24,000 nt of DNA from Coriobacteriales bacterium (GCA_963665595.2 CAXXJK010000005.1:536778-560777); one strand, 5' to 3'. Shown: positions 8,542 through 16,627, counted from the stretch's first letter. The notes: generated by a model from the sequence alone, not told the origin. Numbers and translations: made by a program.

Positions 8542-8751
8542 ATGACAGTAAGTGGTGATGTCATGATTGTGGACAGAATTTTAGAACATATTAAGCGAAA
8601 GGGAATTAAACAGCGAGCGCTTGCTGAATGTATCGGTGTTTCGCCTCATACGATTTCAGAAATTCTTGCGGGTCGTCGCAAACTTACTGCTGAGGAATAT
8701 GCCGACATATGCCGCTTTCTCGAAGTTCCCTATGATAGGTTCATGAGTTAG
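8542..8751 (+). CDS. Small XRE-family HTH regulator (Cro-like)
   Basis: ILEHIKRKGIKQRALAECIGVSPHTISEILAGRRKLTAEEYADICRFL is an HTH_3 domain. The track ORF starts at TTG 8419, upstream of the predicted promoter and so unlikely. ATG 8542 or ATG 8563 are the plausible starts. Confidence 0.72.
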   Translation: MTVSGDVMIVDRILEHIKRKGIKQRALAECIGVSPHTISEILAGRRKLTAEEYADICRFLEVPYDRFMS

Positions 8752-8852
8752 CTTTGTCGAAAGCCTGATTGACGATTCGAGGGTTTTCTTAACCTTTGCA
8801 ATCAGAGGTCTATTTTCTGCGCATTACGTAGTATTGAATAGAGTGTTTATAT

Positions 8853-8882
8853 GCCGAGGAATCTTTTGCCTCGGCTGTTTTC
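8853..8882 (+). terminator. Intrinsic terminator downstream of the small XRE gene
   Basis: GCCGAGG (8853-8859) pairs with CCTCGGC (8869-8875), followed by TGTTTTCG. Confidence 0.6.
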
Positions 8883-8925
8883 GTTGCGTGGTGGGCTGAT
8901 ACATCGTCGTGGCTTCAGAAGAAGC

Positions 8926-9702
8926 CTACATGGTTGGCAGCGCTTCTGACAGTAAGATGATCCAAGTTGAAATAGCAAGGGCGGGAGCGAAGGGAAACGT
9001 ATGAGAGTTATCCAGCAGGGGATGAATCAACGACTTCATAATATCTTGAATGATGCTTAGAATACAGGCGATGACCAGAGTAGAGATAATCGGGGATATA
9101 CCGAGAAAGAGGCCGATGACGAGAACTAGTTTTATATCGCCGCCGCCAATCCCTTGTTTGCCCGTGAGCTTCTTGAATGCAAAAGCAAGCATCGTAAGCA
9201 GAATGCTCATAGCAAGCCCGCCAAATAGGCTTTCGGCGATTGACGGCATAGGGGCAAGTTTTCCTGTTCCAGAAATGAACTGACACATACTTATGTCTTG
9301 TGAGATGCTGCAGTAGAAAATTGAGACAAACCCCCAGACACAGATACCCATGATGACGAGGCCATTGGGAATCATGCGCACTGTAAAGTCAATTGTCGAA
9401 GCGGCAAGCAGTATACAGCCGAGAGCGCATAGCGAGATACCTCTGACAGTGAGTCCGTAGATAACGATGATACTAATCAAGTAGAGCCCATAGATAAAAC
9501 CTTCGACTATCGGCGCGCAGCCGACATTACTTCTGGCTTCCTCTTTTGTTTGGATGTAGTGCGTTGCTCGGTGGTAGATCAGCATACCCACACCAAAGCC
9601 AAACAGCCCGATCACAATAAGAGACACTGGTGAGGAAAGCCACGAGGATCCGACTCCTATAGTAATAAGCGGCATGATCGCTCTCTTTCGGTGCTGGCGC
9701 AT
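8926..9702 (-). CDS. A24-family prepilin (type IV leader) peptidase, TadV/CpaA-like short form
   Basis: 258 aa, polytopic. First Asp motif STIDFTVRMIPNG, second Asp motif GIGGGDIKLVLVIG. No N-terminal Cys-rich (zinc) domain. An alternative start (MPLITIG) lies at 9675. Confidence 0.8.
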   Translation of the reverse strand: MRQHRKRAIMPLITIGVGSSWLSSPVSLIVIGLFGFGVGMLIYHRATHYIQTKEEARSNVGCAPIVEGFIYGLYLISIIVIYGLTVRGISLCALGCILLAASTIDFTVRMIPNGLVIMGICVWGFVSIFYCSISQDISMCQFISGTGKLAPMPSIAESLFGGLAMSILLTMLAFAFKKLTGKQGIGGGDIKLVLVIGLFLGISPIISTLVIACILSIIQDIMKSLIHPLLDNSHTFPFAPALAISTWIILLSEALPTM

Positions 9703-9972
9703 CTATCAAAAGATTCTCAATTTGATAGTGCTACCCTATAAGGCCGCTCTCATCATATGTTTGTATCCGCATTTTTTTGATAAACAAGGTGCGAAACTAA
9801 AGATTTTTATAAGCATCTCATAATTCTTTCATTTATCAACAAATCTGTTTCATTTTCGTTCATTTACTGTATGCGTTGATGGCTACTATGCCATGGTATA
9901 GATGTATACATCTGACCGTTAGATCATGAGCGTTATATGCGACAGATTTGTTGTCTATGAGAAAGGGGGCAA

Positions 9973-10749
9973 TTGGCGGTGATTTTTGACGGAAACTTTA
10001 ACAAGCAGGGGAAAGACCGCACTCCTTTCTCCTCCTTTTTCAAAGAGGCACAGGCCTCTTTGTTTGAGGTGATTGCCCCCACTCGTTGTATTGTCTGTGA
10101 GTCTCCCGGTCCTCTTCTCTGCGATCATTGCGCTGCTACTTTGACGGGAATTGATAATAAAGCCGCTTGCGTACGGTGCGGTGCTCCTTTTGGGGGCGTG
10201 ATCTGCGCAGAGTGTCAGCGTCCTGAGGGGTTGCGTCTGTTTTCATTTGATGCGGCTCGAGCAAGATTTGTTTTTGACCAGACGAGCGCTCGTATAGTTA
10301 AAGCGTTCAAAGATGAGGGCGAGCGTCGTTTGGCGACTATCATGGCCCGCTATCTTGTCGATGCTGCGGCAGAGTGGACGCTTTCCGCTGATTTTGTCGT
10401 GCCCATTCCGGCTACTCGTCAGGCATTGCGCGCACGTGATTTTGATCATATGGCTTTAGTCGCCGCGGAGTTTTCAGTTATGACAGGAGTTTCCGCGCTC
10501 GATTGCTTGGTGAAAACAGACACCCATGATCAGCGAGGGCTTGATCGCGCCCGACGTCAAGAGAATATGGCAGGGAGTTTCTCTCTCGGCTTGCCTTCTC
10601 TTGCGGCTTTGTTGCGGATACGAGCTCCCAGAATTATTCTTATTGATGACGTATTCACTACGGGTGCGACACTTGATGCGGCAGCCGCTACTCTTCGAAA
10701 CGCAGGTGTTCGGTCGGTCTTCGTCGTTGTTTTGTGTCGCGTATGGTAA
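9973..10749 (+). CDS. comFC: ComF-family protein / amidophosphoribosyltransferase-like (ComFC)
   Basis: N-terminal double CxxC zinc-finger region (CIVCESPGPLLCDHC ... CVRCGAPFGGVICAEC). C-terminal PRTase motif RIILIDDVFTTGATL. TTG start preceded by GAAAGGGGG. Confidence 0.85.
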   Translation: MAVIFDGNFNKQGKDRTPFSSFFKEAQASLFEVIAPTRCIVCESPGPLLCDHCAATLTGIDNKAACVRCGAPFGGVICAECQRPEGLRLFSFDAARARFVFDQTSARIVKAFKDEGERRLATIMARYLVDAAAEWTLSADFVVPIPATRQALRARDFDHMALVAAEFSVMTGVSALDCLVKTDTHDQRGLDRARRQENMAGSFSLGLPSLAALLRIRAPRIILIDDVFTTGATLDAAAATLRNAGVRSVFVVVLCRVW

Positions 10750-10807
10750 ATGCTGTGTTTACCTATTTGCTCTCCTGCGTAAAATGATTATCTGCTAGAA
10801 TTTACCC

Positions 10808-11093
10808 GTTCCTCCGAGTTTGTGGTTGCGAAAGCGTAATAGCTTTTTAGTCCATGGCAGATGCGGTCAAAAGGATCCACGTAACTTCCCATGCAAATGG
10901 GATCGAGCATGGCGCATCTTAGGGGTTAGTCGTACCGTCCGGTTATTCAGGAACATACGTTCCCCGGGCGAGAGGGCAAGTAGTGAGATAGTATCAGGCG
11001 AAAGTTCCGGTACGCGAGTGTGGGGTCAAATACCAGGTCAATCGGAGGAACACGGTAGACGAGGGGATATAACCGGCTGGAGCCGGTGTTTTT
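10808..11093 (+). ncRNA. Candidate stand-alone structured RNA, probably a raiA-motif RNA (comFC-hpf intergenic ncRNA class)
   Basis: Extended -10 TGcTAGAAT at 10793-10801. GTTCCTCCGA (10808-10817) is perfectly complementary to TCGGAGGAAC (11042-11051). Internal hairpins with GNRA loops: GC-GAAA-GC 10828-10835 and CCCAT-GCAA-ATGGG 10888-10901. Also AGATGCG/CGCATCT (10859-65/10913-19) and GGAAC-ATAC-GTTCC (10950-63). Terminator CCGGC-TGGA-GCCGG+TGTTTTT at 11073-11093. No credible ORF. The class call rests on position, not on a covariance-model score. Confidence 0.45.
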
Positions 11094-11097
11094 ACGA

Positions 11098-11940
11098 ATG
11101 AGGTGCTGTAGCTTGAAGAAATTCGTTCGTACACTCGCTTGTATCGCGCTCTGCGTGGTTGTGACGGTAGGACTGGTGGGTTGTGGTCCGACGGGCTCAA
11201 AGGAAATCCCACTCACCCCGCAGATTTCTTCACCAACGATCATAACTAATGGTTATCTGACGGTCGGTGTTGATTCAACATCCGCTCCTTATGCAGGCGA
11301 ACACTCCGGTGCTTTGATTGGTGTCGATGTTGACGTTGCTGCCGCACTCGCCGATCAGCTGGGGCTGAAGCTCAAGGTTGTTGATATTAATTCAACAAAT
11401 GCAGCCGATCAGCTTACCTCAAATAAGGTTGATACGGTTATGAGTTGGAATAGCACCGGTAACACATCTACTCAGGTGACAAAAGTAGGAACATATCTCA
11501 CAGATGGCACGGCTCTTTTTGGCATCTCAGTGAGCGGGGATCTTCAGGTTAACAAATCCTCATTGCAGGGGGTCAAGATTGGCGCTCAGGCAGGCTCAAT
11601 ATCGGTTACGACAGCAGGCACCTACTGTGGCTACAATAACGTCGTTACCTATGGAACGTTGAGCGAGGCGTTTGCTGCTCTTGAGTCTGGCGCGGTAACC
11701 TATGTTGCTTGTAACGCAGTAGCGGGATCATACTTGGCTAGTTCCTACGGTGACATCGCGTATGCCACCATGCTCGATTCTCCGACCAATGTAACTCTTG
11801 CGGTTGCAGCTACGGATACCGACCTGCAGAAGGCTCTGAGCGGTGCTTTAGCTACGATCAAGAGTAATGGCGTGCTTAAGGTGAGCGTTGCTAAGTGGAT
11901 TGGTATGTCGACGGCCAGTAAGCTGATACCCACCAGCTAG
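11098..11940 (+). CDS. ABC-transporter substrate-binding lipoprotein, family 3 (polar amino-acid type)
   Basis: Lipoprotein signal KKFVRTLACIALCVVVTVGLVGC. SBP_bac_3-like core (LTVGVDSTSAPYAGEHSGALIGVDVDVAAALADQLGLKLKVVDI...). Start ambiguous: ATG 11098, or TTG 11113 with GAGGTG 7 nt upstream. The track's GTG 11086 lies inside the terminator stem. Confidence 0.8.
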   Translation: MRCCSLKKFVRTLACIALCVVVTVGLVGCGPTGSKEIPLTPQISSPTIITNGYLTVGVDSTSAPYAGEHSGALIGVDVDVAAALADQLGLKLKVVDINSTNAADQLTSNKVDTVMSWNSTGNTSTQVTKVGTYLTDGTALFGISVSGDLQVNKSSLQGVKIGAQAGSISVTTAGTYCGYNNVVTYGTLSEAFAALESGAVTYVACNAVAGSYLASSYGDIAYATMLDSPTNVTLAVAATDTDLQKALSGALATIKSNGVLKVSVAKWIGMSTASKLIPTS

Positions 11941-11996
11941 CAAGAATTCTGCGCGAAAAGTAACAGTCTTTTTGGCAACTATATACAAAATTTAAG

Positions 11997-12034
11997 AAAC
12001 GTCTCTGGTGGCGAAACATCAGGGACGTTTTCGT
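11997..12034 (+). terminator. Intrinsic terminator after the binding-protein gene
   Basis: AACGTCTCTGGTG pairs with CATCAGGGACGTT (two G-U pairs), followed by TTTCG. Confidence 0.7.
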
Positions 12035-12292
12035 GCCAGGTGCATTCCGTTGGCACCATTTAAGACAAAAGGTTTATTCGATTGTAGGCTTGGGGAATTG
12101 AGAGAACTGATATCGCTACATCCATGAATGCCACTTGACCAGCGTAAATGCACCAAAGGTATTTGTGAATGGCTTCATAGTTTTACGAGGGGACTTCAGA
12201 AGAACTTTTCGAAAAAGAGGTTCTTCCTCTACCACCGAGATTGCATGGAGTATACTTTGAGCACCGGCAAACCCTTCGACTAGGAGGTCCTC

Positions 12293-12862
12293 ATGGATAT
12301 CACTGTTACTGGTCGCCGTATGGCGACGACCGAAGCACTCAAGGAATATGCCGAGGAAAAAGTATCTGCAGCGATGAAGGTGTTTGACATTACTCCTATG
12401 TCTGCAGAAATAGTTCTCCATGTTGAGAAAAACCCTGCCAACCCAAACCCCGCTGTAGCAGAAATTACCATTCGTGCAAAAAGCCACGTCATTCGCGTGG
12501 AAGAGGCTGAAGAAGATATGTATGCCGCCATTGATGTGGCATCAGCTAAATGCGAACGCCAACTGCGCAAGTTCAAGACGAAAGTAGTCGACAAGAAGAC
12601 ACGCGCAGAAAAACCGTCCGAGGCGTTGGTGCGAGGGAACGCGTCCGCGCTTGATGCCATCGTTGAAGAAATCGAGCGTAACGAAGACGTTGTGCGTGTC
12701 AAAGAGATCGAGTTCATGGCGCTGACTGAGGAAGAGGCCCTGATACAGATCGATTTACTGGGTCATGATTTCTTTGTCTATACTGACAAAATGACCGACG
12801 ACCCTCACTTGCTGTATCGCCGCAAGGATGGAGGTTACGGTCTCATCAAGCCGAAAGCCTGA
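12293..12862 (+). CDS. hpf: Ribosome hibernation-promoting factor, long form (RaiA/HPF family)
   Basis: MDITVTGRRMATTEALKEYAEEKV... is a typical RaiA/HPF N-domain. The C-terminal dimerisation domain (EEEALIQIDLLGHDFFVYTD...YRRKDGGYGLIKP) is present. TAGGAGG SD. Confidence 0.9.
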   Translation: MDITVTGRRMATTEALKEYAEEKVSAAMKVFDITPMSAEIVLHVEKNPANPNPAVAEITIRAKSHVIRVEEAEEDMYAAIDVASAKCERQLRKFKTKVVDKKTRAEKPSEALVRGNASALDAIVEEIERNEDVVRVKEIEFMALTEEEALIQIDLLGHDFFVYTDKMTDDPHLLYRRKDGGYGLIKPKA

Positions 12863-12980
12863 TTTTATTCTTTGACCTGCTTATAGTGTGTTAATATGGG
12901 CACATAGCTATATGATTTGATATCAACTATACATGAAGCAATTAATCGTACTCGGTAGTTGAGAGGGAAGCACCCATACT

Positions 12981-13520
12981 ATGGCAGCTTCAGGCACCAC
13001 AGCTCGGGCAATGAATGGAAATGCTGCGCGGACTTCGCGAGCGTCCGCTTCGCGTGCGACTTCAAGTAAGGCCGCGCAGCGTTTTGCTAAGGATCGTCGA
13101 GCTGTCCACGAAAAAGCGAATCGCCAATCTCATCTGATTCATCTCGGTATAGTTTTTGGTGGACTTTTCATATGTTTGGTATGCGCGGTAGTTATTCTCT
13201 ATCCTAATGCGCGGGTCTATTATTCCGCTTGGCGTGATTATTCAAACGTACATGCAGAACTCACGGCCGTGAGCACTCGTAATACGACCATACAGACACG
13301 TATCGACAATCTTAATACCGAAGCAGGTATTGAAGATCGCGCGCGTGAGGAATTTGGTTGGGTCAAGCAAGGAGAGAACGCAGTCAATGTGACCGGCGTT
13401 GAAGCAGACGAGGCCACCTCGGCTTTGCCCGATAAGGTAATTGCAGGATCTGTCCTGGCAGATACGAACTGGGTGGTTGATGAGCTCGACAAATTCTTTG
13501 GATATGTATATAAGGGTTAA
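12981..13520 (+). CDS. ftsB: Septum formation initiator family protein (FtsB/DivIC-like)
   Basis: Basic disordered N-terminus, single TM helix (LGIVFGGLFICLVCAVVILY), coiled coil, and the family-typical IEDRAREEFGWVKQGE motif. Confidence 0.75.
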   Translation: MAASGTTARAMNGNAARTSRASASRATSSKAAQRFAKDRRAVHEKANRQSHLIHLGIVFGGLFICLVCAVVILYPNARVYYSAWRDYSNVHAELTAVSTRNTTIQTRIDNLNTEAGIEDRAREEFGWVKQGENAVNVTGVEADEATSALPDKVIAGSVLADTNWVVDELDKFFGYVYKG

Positions 13521-13544
13521 GACGACGCGACGAAAAGAATGGAA

Positions 13545-13574
13545 GGCTCGGAGGGTTCCGGGCTTTCTTGCTCT
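13545..13574 (+). terminator. Possible weak terminator/attenuator between ftsB and ppx
   Basis: GGCTCGG (13545-51) pairs with CCGGGCT (13558-64). The two G-U pairs work only on the plus strand. Followed by TTCTTGCTCT. Confidence 0.4.
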
Positions 13575-13605
13575 ATGAAGAAGATTATTTTCGGAGAGTG
13601 AGATT

Positions 13606-14574
13606 ATGCGCCAGTATGCAGTGATTGACGTCGGAACAGTTACCATGAGGCTTCTGGTGGCTGGCTGCGATGAAACGGGCCTGCATGAGCGAACACGGAT
13701 TATCGAGATGGTGCACCTAGGCGAAGGCCTCCAATCGACAGGATCTATCTCAACGCAGGCTCTGGAGCGCGCAAAACATACACTCGGCCATTTTAAAGAG
13801 ATCATAGCAACCGATGAATATGAGCAGGGGCTTGCACCGGGGTCAATTCACATTAGTGCCGTGGCCACTTCGGCGGCCCGCGATGCATCAAATGCACAAG
13901 AGCTTGAATCCCTATTCAATTCCTTTGGTATCAATCTTTGTGTCATAGAGGGCGCGCGTGAGGCAGAACTTTCATTCAGAGGTGTTGTAAGCTCATTTTC
14001 TGACGTTCTTCACCCGCTGGTGGTTGATATTGGCGGAGGCTCTACCGAGGTTATTTTTGGTGATGCATCGTCGGGCATTATCAGGTGGGCCCATTCATTT
14101 GATATCGGGTGTCGCCGCGTAACCGATCTTTTCTTACAAGAGGATCCGCCCGCTGCTGAGGAGCTGCTGGCGGCGCGGAGCTGGATTTGCCAGCAGATGA
14201 GACCACTATTCAACGATATGTTTGCAGGCAATGAATCGGTCCGACCGGATGTTCTTATTGCTGTGGCGGGGACTGCGACCTCCCTTGTTTCCATACGAGA
14301 GCATATGGAAGTATACGACTCAGCTCGTGTGCATGGCTCATGCGTAAGACAACCTGAGATTGAAGAGACGCTTCAGTATCTTGCGACGATGAACTTGCAG
14401 CAACGACGCCAGGTTGTTGGTTTGGAGTCCGGAAGAGCTGGTGTTATAGTTGCGGGTTTAATTATATTGGATGCTGTTCTTGAACTTTCCGGTTTTAAGT
14501 CTTATCGTGCCAGCGAAACGGATCTTTTACAGGGTGTGGTGCTCGACACATATCAACGCGACGGTGCGCTTTGA
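13606..14574 (+). CDS. ppx: Ppx/GppA-family phosphatase (exopolyphosphatase-like)
   Basis: ASKHA-fold motifs YAVIDVGTVTMRLLVA and VVDIGGGSTEVIFG. 322 aa. GGAGAG SD. Confidence 0.85.
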   Translation: MRQYAVIDVGTVTMRLLVAGCDETGLHERTRIIEMVHLGEGLQSTGSISTQALERAKHTLGHFKEIIATDEYEQGLAPGSIHISAVATSAARDASNAQELESLFNSFGINLCVIEGAREAELSFRGVVSSFSDVLHPLVVDIGGGSTEVIFGDASSGIIRWAHSFDIGCRRVTDLFLQEDPPAAEELLAARSWICQQMRPLFNDMFAGNESVRPDVLIAVAGTATSLVSIREHMEVYDSARVHGSCVRQPEIEETLQYLATMNLQQRRQVVGLESGRAGVIVAGLIILDAVLELSGFKSYRASETDLLQGVVLDTYQRDGAL

Positions 14575-14692
14575 TGAGCAAAATCTGTCGAGAAAGCGAT
14601 ATCTAACCGTTTTACTAGCACCTGCCTTGAGGTTCAGGTAATATAGGAAGGCGCTGTGCTGAGAGGCCGAAAAGGCTTATATTCATGTATGT

Positions 14693-14777
14693 GGGGGCGT
14701 GGCGGAATTGGCAGACGCAGGGGACTTAAAATCCTCCGCCTAACGGCTTGTGAGTTCAAATCTCACCGCCCCTACCA
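14693..14777 (+). tRNA. tRNA-Leu (anticodon TAA), long variable arm, CCA encoded
   Basis: Acceptor GGGGGCG/CGCCCCT (G1-U72 wobble), anticodon arm GGGGA-CTTAAAA-TCCTC, variable arm CGCCTAACGGCTTG, T arm GTGAG-TTCAAAT-CTCAC. Confidence 0.9.
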
Positions 14778-14879
14778 CAGTTCAATGCTACTTGAAATTG
14801 AGTGGCACGCTACTCGTTTCGAGCAGTCGTGACGGTTATCATGCGCACTGCTCCGCTCACGCAGCGAATAAGATATTTC

Positions 14880-14936
14880 GGGAATGAAGCTCTCCCTTGG
14901 TTGATCCAGAACCGCTGTATGCTGATGGCTTCTACA
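14880..14936 (+). promoter_or_regulatory. Fluoride riboswitch (crcB motif)
   Basis: GGGAAUGAAGCUCUCCC ... AACCGC-UGUAU-GCUGAUGGCUUCUAC matches the remembered consensus GGnGAUGnnnnnCnCC ... AACCGCC ... GCUGAUGnCUUCUAC. It sits ~40 nt upstream of crcB. Confidence 0.8.
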
Positions 14937-14978
14937 TAAGAGGTCATGTAATTTGGCTATACGGCGAAAGGGTGGTCT

Positions 14979-15368
14979 GTGCCTACCTTGGTTCTTAATT
15001 GCCTCTATGTGGGCATGGGCGGTGCCCTTGGCACGGTTCTTCGTTATATTATTGGTTTAGTACCTCTCAATGAAACTAATGGGTTTCCTCTGGCAACCCT
15101 GCTTATTAATTTTTCTGGTGCTCTTCTCATAGGCACGATCATTGCCTTTGCCGATTGTAGAGGTGGTTTTGACTCGAGCATTATGCTCTTTTTGAAGATA
15201 GGCCTCTGCGGGGGATTTACCACATTTTCAACATTCTCTCTGGAAACGGTGCAACTTTTAGAAAAGGGCAGCTTTTTTATTGCCGGTTCTTATATTTTCG
15301 CCAGCGTATTTCTTTGTATTGTGGCAATATTTTTTGCACAATGGTTGGTTACCATGATTGTCTCATAA
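14979..15368 (+). CDS. crcB: Fluoride ion channel CrcB/FluC
   Basis: 129 aa, 4 TM. GGALGTVLRY and CGGFTTFSTFSLE signature motifs. GTG start after AAGGGTGG. Confidence 0.9.
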   Translation: MPTLVLNCLYVGMGGALGTVLRYIIGLVPLNETNGFPLATLLINFSGALLIGTIIAFADCRGGFDSSIMLFLKIGLCGGFTTFSTFSLETVQLLEKGSFFIAGSYIFASVFLCIVAIFFAQWLVTMIVS

Positions 15369-15398
15369 GTGCTTACTGCGTATACAAGCACTCGTTTA
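15368..15398 (+). terminator. Possible terminator after crcB
   Basis: AGTGCTT (15368-74) pairs with AAGCACT (15386-92), followed by a weak CGTTTA tail. Confidence 0.4.
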
Positions 15399-15646
15399 CA
15401 TTCATATCAGAGCACGGATACCTTTGAGGACGTGTTGCCTGATAAACACCGATTTTTGCTAACCGCGTACCTCTTTTTCTCATAGAAAATAAGTTCATTT
15501 TGATGTACAATCACGAAATATAATGATTGGGTTTTTGACTGCCTGGTTCCCGAAGCCGGACCTTACATGGCGATATTTCAAGATCACGGGTAAATTAAGC
15601 TCAGCAATTTGTAACGTGAATGTACAGACGAAGTGATGGAGCGGCC

Positions 15647-16402
15647 ATGAATAAAACGGCAATCCACGACAACCATCAGCCGAAGGTTGATATACGTCTT
15701 GAAGTCCAAAAAAAGTTGTTTTCACGGGCCAAAGCGATTGCAGAGATCAGTGATTATCTGAAAAGCGATCGCGCTCATATATTTAATCTTATGTCGTATC
15801 GTAAAAATGAAGCAAAGATACGTACGTTTATCTCCTTGGTCTACGAAGATATTAAAGAAGACGGAGAGCTCTCGCGCAAGCCTGCCTTGCACAGCATATT
15901 ATTAGATACCTGTGAGCGCCTAGATTACTGGTTTTGTGCCAGTAATTATGAGGCGCTTATCGACACATTTATCGTAGAAATCGATGAGTTTGTAGCCAGC
16001 TATTTCCCCGAAGTCAAGCGTTCTGAAAAAGCGCACTGCTGGAGAAGGATACAGTTGCCTGAAATCCAAGCGCAACTCATGAAACTTGAGTTGCACGCCG
16101 CATTTATGGAATGCATATGTTCGGATAATCTGAGTGCTCTATCTGATCCATCCCTTGATGATACCACTGCATTTGAATATATTTGTAACACCCTCATTTC
16201 AGCGGAGAACACTCTTTCCACCATGGTGAATGGTCTAAAGGATTTTAACCCTGACATTGAGGCGACCGGTCTTGAGATCAGCTTCATAGCTGCGCAGACG
16301 GTACGAACGAGGGTTATCGTACGGCTGATGATTGCCGTACTGAGCGTTTCAGCGCTCACGTTTATAGCGGCTGTTCTCGAATTGATCTTGAGTCTTCGTT
16401 AA
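15647..16402 (+). CDS. Hypothetical tail-anchored membrane protein, paralog B of the 2676..3437 product
   Basis: Track ORF 15620..16402. The ATG at 15647 has GGAG 6 nt upstream. Blocks shared with paralog A: DIRLEVQK, DYLK, TFISLVYEDIK, LLDTCERLDYW, EFVASYFPEV, LMKLELHAAFMECICSDN, TAFEYICN. C-terminal TM helix. Confidence 0.62.
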   Translation: MNKTAIHDNHQPKVDIRLEVQKKLFSRAKAIAEISDYLKSDRAHIFNLMSYRKNEAKIRTFISLVYEDIKEDGELSRKPALHSILLDTCERLDYWFCASNYEALIDTFIVEIDEFVASYFPEVKRSEKAHCWRRIQLPEIQAQLMKLELHAAFMECICSDNLSALSDPSLDDTTAFEYICNTLISAENTLSTMVNGLKDFNPDIEATGLEISFIAAQTVRTRVIVRLMIAVLSVSALTFIAAVLELILSLR

Positions 16403-16572
16403 TCGAAGATTGCGATATTCACTAATCTGGCAATTTCATTTCTTATTACTGTCACGTTGATAGTTGCTCTAATTCTGAAGTAATTCATAAACTACGGAGA
16501 CGGAGAAAGGCCAGAAGCGAGATTTCCTGACTGGCCGAAATGTACGGTTACCGGTAATTACGGCAAGTGGGG

Positions 16573-16600
16573 TTGATATAATGCTGCAAATTCCTATAAT
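16573..16600 (+). promoter_or_regulatory. Near-consensus sigma70-type promoter (TTGATA-N16-TATAAT) ahead of the tRNA-like gene
   Basis: TTGATA at 16573-16578, TATAAT at 16595-16600. A second TATAAT lies at 16577-16582. Confidence 0.5.
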
Positions 16601-16627
16601 CGTCCAATGCAGTGTTTCAAACAACAC

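Noticed and set aside
7645-8833. Imperfect inverted repeats TGCGC(A)TTACGTA(A/G)TA flanking the two-regulator module (7645-7659 reversed, 8818-8833), suggesting a MITE-like or mobile cassette.
   Set aside because: Only ~15 nt match. The core is the self-palindrome TTACGTAA/TACGTA. There are no target-site duplications and no transposase.
10808-11093. T-box leader hypothesis, since an amino-acid binding protein lies downstream and AGUAGUGAGA / GAGAG words are present.
   Set aside because: There is no GGGUGGUACCGCG T-box sequence (only GUUCCGGUACGCGAG), and no antiterminator alternative to the 11073-11093 hairpin could be drawn.
10990-11095. Resemblance of the 3' part of the comFC-downstream RNA to the ykkC (guanidine-I/ppGpp/PRPP) riboswitch core: GUUCCGG, CAGGUC...GAG, ACACGG and GGGAUAUAA in the right order, with a terminator.
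   Set aside because: The P3 hairpin and the conserved 5' CUAGGG and 3' CCCGGGAGA segments are not reproduced. The matching words are short. The segment is better explained as part of a larger ~285-nt RNA closed by the 10808/11042 helix. Only a covariance-model search can settle this.
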